Virus record (IMG/VR): IMGVR_UViG_2526164628_000013
Source of the DNA: a virus
Taxonomy: Duplodnaviria; Heunggongvirae; Uroviricota; Caudoviricetes
Strand: one strand, 5' to 3'
Length of the DNA stretch: 13,370 nucleotides
Positions 6,765 through 13,370 of the stretch are shown one piece after another. Under the pieces are notes generated by a model that saw only the letters and a list, made by a program, of their open reading frames with translations, was not told the origin of the DNA and ran no database searches. Both the position numbers and the translations under genes were made by a program. The number at the start of each line of letters is the position of its first letter. Within the stretch, counting starts at the first letter, position 1.

Positions 6765-6958
6765 ATGGCTACTCATTACACTGAACTCATGTCTGGCACT
6801 GAAGCACTGGTTACTACGCTGGGGATATTTTCAGCCAATAAAGGGGTAATACCTGCGTTTACGCCACTGATGCAGGAAGATGCAACTGGTGCGCTAGTGG
6901 TATGGGATGGAACGAGCGCAGGCAAAGCGGTTTATGTTTCCGCTGTACAAATCGACAC
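6765..6958 (+). pseudogene. Head decoration protein (lambda gpD-like), 3'-truncated by IS629
   Basis: SD AAGGGGGA then ATG 6765. ...AFTPLMQEDATGALVVWDGTSAGKAVYVSAVQ... resembles the lambda gpD core. Reading frame runs into the IS629 left end at 6959 after ~64 native codons (gpD is ~110 aa). Confidence 0.6.
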
Positions 6959-7012
6959 TGAACCGCCCCGGGAATCCTGGAGACTAAACTCCCTGAGAAA
7001 GAGGTAAACAGG

Positions 7013-7339
7013 ATGACTAAAAATACTCGTTTTTCCCCCGAAGTCCGTCAGAGGGCGATTCGTATGGTTCTGGAAAGTCAGGGCGAATATGACTCACAGT
7101 GGGCGGCAATTTGTTCCATTGCCCCAAAGATTGACTGTACACCGGAGACTCTGCGTGTCTGGGTACGCCAGCATGAGCGGGATACCGGAGGCGGTGATGG
7201 CGGGCTCACCACCGCTGAACGTCAGCGTCTGAAAGAGCTGGAACGTGAAAATCGTGAACTGCGCCGCAGTAACGATATCCTTCGCCAGGCTTCCGCTTAT
7301 TTTGCGAAGGCGGAGTTCGACCGCCTCTGGAAAAAGTGA
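7013..7339 (+). CDS. IS629 OrfA (transposase N-terminal/HTH component)
   Basis: [30 protein letters not shown]...[18 protein letters not shown], 108 aa. Confidence 0.85.
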   Translation: MTKNTRFSPEVRQRAIRMVLESQGEYDSQWAAICSIAPKIDCTPETLRVWVRQHERDTGGGDGGLTTAERQRLKELERENRELRRSNDILRQASAYFAKAEFDRLWKK

Positions 7340-8226
7340 TGCCACTGCTGGATAAGCTGCGTAAGCTGTACGGGGTCGGACCGGTATGCAGTGAACTACA
7401 TATTGCCCCGTCAACGTATTACCACTGTCAGCAACAGCGACATCATCCTGATAAACGCAGTGCCCGTGCGCAGCGCGATGACTGGCTGAAGAAAGAGATA
7501 CTGCGCGTATACGATGGGAATCATCAGGTATACGGTGTGCGTAAAGTCTGGCGTCAGTTGTTACGGGAAGGAATCAGGGTAGCCAGATGTACAGTGGCGC
7601 GCCTCATGGCGGTTATGGGACTTGCCGGTGTTCTCCGGGGTAAAAAGGTCCGCACTACCGTCAGCCGGAAAGCCGTTGCCGCAGGCGACCGCGTAAACCG
7701 TCAGTTTGTGGCAGAACGTCCTGACCAGTTGTGGGTGGCTGATTTTACTTACGTCAGCACATGGCAGGGGGTCGTCTATGTGGCGTTCATCATTGATGTG
7801 TTTGCCGGATACATCGTGGGGTGGCGGGTCTCATCGTCTATGGAAACGACATTCGTGCTGGATGCTCTGGAGCAGGCGTTATGGGCCCGTCGACCGTCCG
7901 GCACAGTCCATCACAGTGATAAAGGTTCTCAGTATGTATCGCTGGCCTACACACAGCGGCTTAAGGAAGCCGGATTACTGGCATCAACAGGAAGTACTGG
8001 TGACTCGTATGACAACGCGATGGCGGAGAGCATCAATGGCCTTTACAAAGCGGAGGTAATACACCGTAAGAGCTGGAAAAACCGGACAGAAGTGGAACTG
8101 GCCACACTCACGTGGGTGGACTGGTATAACAATCGACGATTGCTGGAAAGGCTGGGCCATATCCCACCGGCAGAAGCAGAAAAAGCTTATTATGCTTCCA
8201 TCGGAAACGATGATCTGGCAGCCTGA
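7336..8226 (+). CDS. IS629 OrfB (transposase catalytic component; -1 frame relative to orfA)
   Basis: 296 aa with rve-type integrase core (…[14 protein letters not shown]…[10 protein letters not shown]…[10 protein letters not shown]…); overlaps orfA end, typical of IS3-family frameshift organisation. Confidence 0.85.
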   Translation: MMPLLDKLRKLYGVGPVCSELHIAPSTYYHCQQQRHHPDKRSARAQRDDWLKKEILRVYDGNHQVYGVRKVWRQLLREGIRVARCTVARLMAVMGLAGVLRGKKVRTTVSRKAVAAGDRVNRQFVAERPDQLWVADFTYVSTWQGVVYVAFIIDVFAGYIVGWRVSSSMETTFVLDALEQALWARRPSGTVHHSDKGSQYVSLAYTQRLKEAGLLASTGSTGDSYDNAMAESINGLYKAEVIHRKSWKNRTEVELATLTWVDWYNNRRLLERLGHIPPAEAEKAYYASIGNDDLAA

Positions 8227-8280
8227 GTTCACAGATAAAACACTCTCCAGGAAACCCGGGGCGGTTCACAAAGTGTTTTT

Positions 8281-9831
8281 TCATCGCACACCGCCTTTTT
8301 CCTGATGAAAGCGGCAACGAGCAATCACGGATTGAATTTCAAATTGTGTGGTTTCATGGATTGAAATAAGTGGATTGCGGGCGTTACCAACACTGTCTGA
8401 AATGGAAATCAATTCATCGACTTCTTTAACTACACTCTCCAGCACCGCCTGATGGTCACCATCAGTAAAGGGGCGGAAATACAGGCAACCGTAGCAGCAG
8501 CGTACTTCACTGAATGGGCATTTGCCATCATCTCTGGAGCAACCGCCAATCCCATCATGCAACTCATCACCGATTATGCCGACCACGCGCTGGTCTTGCC
8601 ATTTCGTTGAAGAGGTCAGTTCACCAGTCAACATCATAGCCACCATGTTTTGCCATACCGGATTGATACCCAATGCTTTGGCTCGAATCAGTGCCAGTGC
8701 AGGCGTCGCCAGAATGTAATACTTGGCAACAGTAAGGGAGCTATGTCCCAGAATATGCGCAATTTCCTCGGCGCTGACCCCTTGCATAGCCAGTGAATGC
8801 CCCACGTTGTGGCGCAAGTCGGTCGGGGTAATGGTTGGCAAAGCCGCTTCGCCACGCTTTACGGCTGCCTGATAATCTGGCGGACTGAAACAGAGGAAGG
8901 CCTTGTTAATCGCTCTGGACACATTAAACGGTGCAGAGTTACTAAATTCAAATAGCTTGCCATCAGGTTTTAGTTGCGCTCGCTCGATATAGTGCCTAAT
9001 CAACGCGCCGATTTCAGCTGGAATCGCCAAAAACAGACGTTCAGTCGTTACGTGCCGCTGTTTGGCGTAAGGAAGGAGTAAGCTATATCGTATTAATCCG
9101 GTTTCGGAGTTTCGGGTATCAATACGTAAATCTTTTACCGCCAGCTTGGCCAGTTGTACCGGTCGGGCACCGGTGACATACGTCAGTCCCAGAATTACTG
9201 CATCTCGCATGGTGTTCAGACTGTAGTTTTCGCCATACCGAATCGCCACAGCCATTTCAAACAAGCCTTTACTGATCATGTTTTTTTCGAGGGGATCCAG
9301 AACATGATCAATTTCCTGATAGATTCCCCAGTCATGGGAGTGCGGGCGAGGGATGAATTCGAGGTCTTCATAATCTTCGAGGGTAAAACCAGGGAATGCT
9401 TCGGTACAGAGGATTTTTAGGCCGAAAATGATAAAGTAGAAATATTGAGGTTTAATTTCCTGAGTTTCGAGGTAATCTTTCAACACCGTAAAAGTGAAAG
9501 CAGATTTGCTTATGCAATGATCAGTTGCCAAAGACCACGCATGGAGTACCCCAGGAACCTGAGCTGGACACTTGGCAGATGCATAATGGAAGCAAATATA
9601 TTTGATTAATTGGTTGCTGATTTTATCCTGACGAAAGTGGGCATAGCAGCGGCTTCCTGAATAATCGAATACCCAACTGTCACTTGTTGAGCTGATATAT
9701 TTGTCATCAAAATGATCTGCCGATTTAAGATAAATACTAACTGGTATATTAACCTTTAAAATACTCTCAACAAATACAGGTGTGTAAATGTTGCTGTTCG
9801 ACGCATTTAACTGTTTATTGATTCGACTCAT
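8281..9831 (-). CDS. Large tyrosine recombinase (~516 aa) with extended N-terminal domain and ~135-aa C-terminal extension carrying a Cys cluster
   Basis: Box I-like LGLTYVTGARPVQLAKL, box II-like TDLRHNVGH and LGHSSLTVAKYY (catalytic Tyr). Start at ATG 9831 (GGAG 5 nt upstream); in-frame ATGs also at 9846 and 9855. Stop lies 12 bp from the IS629 right end. Confidence 0.7.
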   Translation of the reverse strand: MSRINKQLNASNSNIYTPVFVESILKVNIPVSIYLKSADHFDDKYISSTSDSWVFDYSGSRCYAHFRQDKISNQLIKYICFHYASAKCPAQVPGVLHAWSLATDHCISKSAFTFTVLKDYLETQEIKPQYFYFIIFGLKILCTEAFPGFTLEDYEDLEFIPRPHSHDWGIYQEIDHVLDPLEKNMISKGLFEMAVAIRYGENYSLNTMRDAVILGLTYVTGARPVQLAKLAVKDLRIDTRNSETGLIRYSLLLPYAKQRHVTTERLFLAIPAEIGALIRHYIERAQLKPDGKLFEFSNSAPFNVSRAINKAFLCFSPPDYQAAVKRGEAALPTITPTDLRHNVGHSLAMQGVSAEEIAHILGHSSLTVAKYYILATPALALIRAKALGINPVWQNMVAMMLTGELTSSTKWQDQRVVGIIGDELHDGIGGCSRDDGKCPFSEVRCCYGCLYFRPFTDGDHQAVLESVVKEVDELISISDSVGNARNPLISIHETTQFEIQSVIARCRFHQEKGGVR

Positions 9832-10237
9832 ATGCACTCCATTCATCGCATACATGGGAAAAGGTTGATTTCAGGGCTTCGTTATCAATCACAATTCGCT
9901 GAAGATTGGCCGTATTAGCCTGCTGAGATAGAAATCTTTTAGCGTAAAGATCAGGCATATGGCTATTGTGACTCCAACCGCCAAGTAGCCGTAATTCATC
10001 CTTGGCTTCATCCATCAATCCAACGATAGAAAAGTCTATGGCTGCCAAGTGTGAGTTGGCCTTAATTTTTTGAAGTTTATCACGATAAATACGTTGAAGT
10101 GTTAAATAAGCCCAAGTATGCCGCGTTATATGAGGCGAGATGCTTTCAATGGCATCATAATATTCATCTTTTTTATATTCAGGATACTGCACACTCATAA
10201 TGTCATCAATACGGGTAAAGATATCATAGACTGCATG

Positions 10238-10242
10238 GTATG
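10238..10242. repeat. IS2 target-site duplication, left copy (GTATG)
   Basis: GTATG immediately left of the IS2 end at 10243; identical to 11573-11577. Confidence 0.8.
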
Positions 10243-10333
10243 TAGACTGGCCCCCTGAATCTCCAGACAACCAATATCACTTAAATAAGTGATAGTCTTA
10301 ATACTAGTTTTTAGACTAGTCATTGGAGAGCAG

Positions 10334-10663
10334 ATGATTGATGTCTTAGGACCGGAGAAACGCAGACGGCGTACTACACAGGAAAAGATCGCTATTGTTC
10401 AGCAGAGTTTTGAACCGGGAATGACGGTCTCCCTTGTTGCCCGGCAACACGGTGTGGCAGCCAGCCAGTTATTTCTCTGGCGCAAGCAATACCAGGAGGG
10501 AAGTCTTACTGCTGTGGCCGCAGGAGAGCAGGTCGTTCCTGCCTCTGAACTTGCTGCTGCCATGAAGCAGATTAAAGAACTCCAGCGCCTGCTCGGCAAA
10601 AAACGATGGAAAATGAACTCCTTAAAGAAGCCGTTGAATACGGGCGTGCAAAAAAGTGGATAG
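10334..10663 (+). CDS. insC: IS2 OrfA (InsC), apparently frameshifted in this copy
   Basis: [18 protein letters not shown]...LQRLLGKK matches InsC, then the frame diverges (…[19 protein letters not shown]) while the expected InsC C-terminus [31 protein letters not shown] is encoded in the +1 frame from 10603. A-run at 10598-10603 is 6 A. Confidence 0.75.
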
Positions 10664-11561
10664 CGCACGCGCCCTTATTGCCCGGGGATGGGGAGTAAGC
10701 TTAGTCAGCCGTTGTCTCCGGGTGTCGCGTGCGCAGTTGCACGTAATTCTCAGACGAACCGATGACTGGAAAGATGGTCGCCGCAGCCGTCACTCAGATG
10801 ATACGGATGTGCTTCTCCGTATACACCATGTTATCGGAGAGCTGCCCACGTATGGTTATCGTCGGGTATGGGCGCTGCTTCGCAGACAGGCCGAACTTGA
10901 TGGTATGCCTGCGATCAATGCCAAACGTGTTTACCGGATCATGCGCCAGAATGCGCTGTTGCTTGAGCGAAAAACCGCTGTACCGCCATCGAAACGGGCA
11001 CATACTGGCAAAGTGGCCGTGAAAGAAAGCAATCAACGATGGTGCTCTGACGGGTTCGAGTTCCGCTGTGATAACGGAGAAAAACTGCGAGTCACGTTCG
11101 CGCTGGACTGCTGTGACCGTGAGGCACTGCACTGGGCAGTCACTACGGGCGGCTTCGACAGTGAAACAGTACAGGACGTAATGCTGGGAGCGGTGGAACG
11201 CCGCTTCGGCAACGAGCTTCCGGCGTCTCCAGTAGAGTGGCTGACGGATAATGGTTCATGCTACCGGGCTAATGAAACACGGCAGTTTGCCCGGATGTTG
11301 GGGCTTGAACCGAAGAACACGGCGGTGCGGAGTCCGGAGAGTAACGGCATAGCAGAGAGCTTCGTGAAAACGATAAAGCGTGACTACATCAGTATCATGC
11401 CTAAACCAGACGGGTTAACGGCAGCAAAGAACCTTGCAGAGGCGTTCGAGCATTATAACGAATGGCATCCGCATAGTGCACTGGGTTATCGCTCGCCACG
11501 GGAATATCTGCGGCAGCAGGCCAGTAATGGGTTAAGTGATAACAGGTGTCTGGAAATATAG
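10656..11561 (+). CDS. insD: IS2 OrfB (InsD transposase catalytic component)
   Basis: 301 aa, [34 protein letters not shown]... matches InsD as recalled; GTG start just after the A6G slippery motif (10650-10656). Confidence 0.85.
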
Positions 11562-11572
11562 GGGCAAATCCA

Positions 11573-11577
11573 GTATG
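11573..11577. repeat. IS2 target-site duplication, right copy (GTATG)
   Basis: GTATG immediately right of the IS2 end at 11572. Confidence 0.8.
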
Positions 11578-12727
11578 ACAGTGGCGGATGTAGTCTTTGG
11601 GTGGAAGTGAACAGAAAACTATGGGAGGCTTGAGGGCGGATTTTATGGATATATATATTTAGAAAATGAAAGTCCAGTTTATCTAATGCCAGCACCCGGT
11701 TTGCATAAACATTTTTTAATGAAGGCAATCTTTTTCGTTGATCCGAAACGTCGTCATCTACTGTGGTCACAATCAGGCTGAACTGATCCCCTCGGAGATT
11801 TGGTTTGATCGAATGACACTCCAAAAGCAGTAATTCACTGACACGCAATCCGTAATTTAAAAGCAATCTGCAAATCAGAAAATTACGTAGCTGGATTTCA
11901 CCAGCGGGGAAGGGATTGAGTGGGTTTTTCTTTGAAATTGAACCGGGTGTAATGATTTGGTAAAAAGCCATGACCATCTCAGCAGTCAGACTTCGAAAGC
12001 GTTTATGGGTCGTGCCATTGTTCATCTGACGAGAATGGGTAAGAGTACGGAATTCTGCCTTATGTATCGATAAACGTCCCGTTAACTGCGTGGCAAGTCG
12101 TGTAAGCTCTTTAGGCGTGCCATCTATATATCTCGGCGAGATATACGTGTTAATCAAATATCTGATAAAACGAATAACCGAATGTACATGCCTGATATTT
12201 GTACAACGTTGAGGCGTGGTCTGCGTAGTAGACCTTATGGTTAACGCTGGTACATATAAATGCGTATTTTCCAGATAATGAAAAAAGGCTGTAAGTTCAT
12301 CAATGGCAATCTAAGATATATTAACGGATATAAAAGCGGCTGGCGCGTGTGAGTATCCATCAGTGCCCATAAACGCTGCCGTTGGTTGATATTGAGTTGT
12401 GTAAGTATGAACACGCGGCACTTAACCTTATCAATGGTGTGGATATGAACAAAGTAACCGACAAACATAACGTCCTGCAAGAAGAAGATAGAGGGGTAGG
12501 TAAGTGTATGATTAATCGTATCCTGTGGCCGGTTATGAACTAAATGACCGACGGACTAAATTTAACATAATATACATTATGCGCACCAATGGTAAGGATG
12601 GCAGAATCTGGCGGGAATCGTTGACACTGGCCGTCAACTGGCTACTATCGACAGTGATTCAAAATCATCCGTTTCTCCAAACGAATCAGAATCAAATGTC
12701 TGTCAGCAGTAAGTGAACGGCCTGACC

Positions 12728-12976
12728 TCACCAATCAGGCCTGTTCATCCAGTTAGTTGGTAAATCTGTACCTGATACACGAGAATCAAACACCACTTCT
12801 TCAGTGCCATCACCATGATGCCGGATAATCTGGTAACCGGATTGCGGGTTCTGGCTCTCAGCTTCATAAGCAGCCCGGAATGCTGGATCTTTGAGAAGCA
12901 TCACTTTCAGCTCCTGATGTGTCATGAATTTTTCCATGATAAGCCCCGATGAATGCTGCCGCGCCGAATCAGCCAT
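12728..12976 (-). CDS. Hypothetical small acidic protein (possible start at ATG 12937: MEKFMTHQELKVMLLKDPAFRAAYEAE...)
   Basis: 82-aa ORF; internal ATG at 12937 has a GGGG SD-like element ~10 nt upstream. No recognisable HTH after the N-terminal helix. Confidence 0.35.
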   Translation of the reverse strand: MADSARQHSSGLIMEKFMTHQELKVMLLKDPAFRAAYEAESQNPQSGYQIIRHHGDGTEEVVFDSRVSGTDLPTNWMNRPDW

Positions 12977-13098
12977 AACGCTGAAAATGGAAACAGTACG
13001 GCTTGGCCAACCCCGGACAGCAACAAAACAAGTTTTGTCACTGACCGGCGTTATCTTTCAAAACAGACAGTTAACGATTTTTTGTCTGGTGTTTATGC

Positions 13099-13125
13099 GT
13101 GAAATTTCGTGCGTACGAAATTCAC
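13099..13125. repeat. Imperfect inverted repeat GTGAAATTTCGT-GCG-(T)ACGAAATTCAC overlapping the stop codon of ORF 13122..13370
   Basis: Read directly; arms match 11 of 12 positions; central CGTACG is itself palindromic. No flanking T-tract on either strand. Confidence 0.5.
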
Positions 13126-13370
13126 CACCAATAAACAAACGGACGATGACTGACCGGAAAAGCAATGCCGTCAGCATCATGACCACGCATTACCTGATTG
13201 AGAAGCCTTCTGACTTCACGACGCTCAGGCCTGGTCATCATCATATTGCGATACCAGGACGGCGATTTATCAAACCATCTGGCACAACTGGCAAAATGTG
13301 AACCTACACGACGATAAGACTTAAGGCGGCCACCGGGAAGTCGGTCACGCGCCTTATTTTTTACAGACAT
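13122..13370 (-). CDS. Hypothetical small basic protein (ATG coincides with the window edge; may extend beyond)
   Basis: 82-aa ORF, Arg/Lys-rich (MSVKNKARDRLPGGRLKSYRRVGSHFASCARWF...); family not recognised. Confidence 0.35.
   Translation of the reverse strand: MSVKNKARDRLPGGRLKSYRRVGSHFASCARWFDKSPSWYRNMMMTRPERREVRRLLNQVMRGHDADGIAFPVSHRPFVYWW

Larger units (their letters stand above)
6959..8268 (+). mobile_element. IS629 (IS3 family), 1310 bp, apparently intact
   Basis: Perfect terminal inverted repeats TGAACCGCCCCGGG (6959-6972) and CCCGGGGCGGTTCA (8255-8268); orfA and orfB translations match IS629/IS1203 as recalled; length 1310 bp. Confidence 0.85.
10243..11572 (+). mobile_element. IS2 (IS3 family), 1330 bp, with 5-bp GTATG target duplication
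   Basis: Ends TAGACTGGCCCCCTGAATCTCCAGACA... (10243) and ...TGTCTGGAAATATAGGGGCAAATCCA (11572); InsC/InsD translations recognised; flanked by identical GTATG. Confidence 0.9.
9815..12157 (-). pseudogene. Tyrosine recombinase gene interrupted by IS2 (N-part 11573..12157, C-part 9815..10242)
   Basis: N-part has box I GLRVSELLLLECHSI; C-part has HITRHTWAYLTL and LLGGWSHNSHMPDLYAKRF. Removing IS2 and one copy of the GTATG duplication joins the two parts in frame (...LSY-HAVYDIF...). First possible start is TTG at 12157; the frame is open further upstream without a start codon. Confidence 0.7.

Noticed and set aside
5618-6849. ORFs overlapping the capsid gene (5618..5842 -, 6018..6203 -, 6637..6849 +) and the 5628 upstream start of the capsid ORF
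   Set aside because: The capsid frame is strongly supported by gpE-like similarity; ATG 5715 has a proper SD whereas 5628 does not.
7094-8317. ORFs inside or antisense to IS629 (7094..7414 -, 7706..8059 +, 7984..8232 -, 8108..8317 -)
   Set aside because: IS629 coding capacity is fully accounted for by orfA and orfB.
8522-9420. Plus-strand ORFs 8522..8719 and 9154..9420 inside the large recombinase gene
   Set aside because: Antisense to a gene with clear tyrosine-recombinase motifs.
9815-10270. The first nine codons (MSGDSGGQS) of the C-terminal recombinase fragment and the last ~29 codons of the N-terminal fragment (11486..11572)
   Set aside because: These codons lie inside IS2 and are read-through artefacts of the insertion, not native recombinase sequence.
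10289-11132. Upstream start 10289 for InsC and ORFs 10399..10668 -, 10762..11022 +, 10794..11132 - inside IS2
   Set aside because: Known IS2 organisation is orfA/orfB only; the 10289 start adds 15 residues not in InsC.
12241-12716. ORFs 12241..12480 (-) and 12525..12716 (+) as independent genes
   Set aside because: No SD or recognisable fold. 12241..12480 more likely reflects a shifted frame of the recombinase 5' region; 12525..12716 looks spurious.
12924-13301. Plus-strand ORF 12924..13301 (125 aa)
   Set aside because: Overlaps both minus-strand small ORFs and the palindrome; the translation is not protein-like.

Overview
Mosaic accessory region, probably enterobacterial (inferred only from the presence of IS629 and IS2). 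Left ~7 kb, mostly + strand: a satellite/PICI-like integrative element with the 3' end of a tyrosine integrase gene, an AlpA-family regulator, a divergent regulator/operator switch, an operon of small overlapping ORFs, a RepA/DnaB-type P-loop replication helicase, an iteron array (putative ori), an SSB-like gene, then a lambda gpE-type major capsid gene and a gpD-like decoration gene cut by IS629. Right ~5 kb, minus strand: a tandem, overlapping pair of tyrosine recombinase genes (the upstream one split by an IS2 insertion with a 5-bp target duplication) and two small hypothetical ORFs. The two most interesting candidates are the capsid pair sitting directly on a satellite-type replicon, and the size-asymmetric recombinase pair. 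No rRNA, tRNA or CRISPR array was recognised by eye. All calls come from reading the translations and sequence; no database search or computation was run, and protein similarities are recalled from memory.
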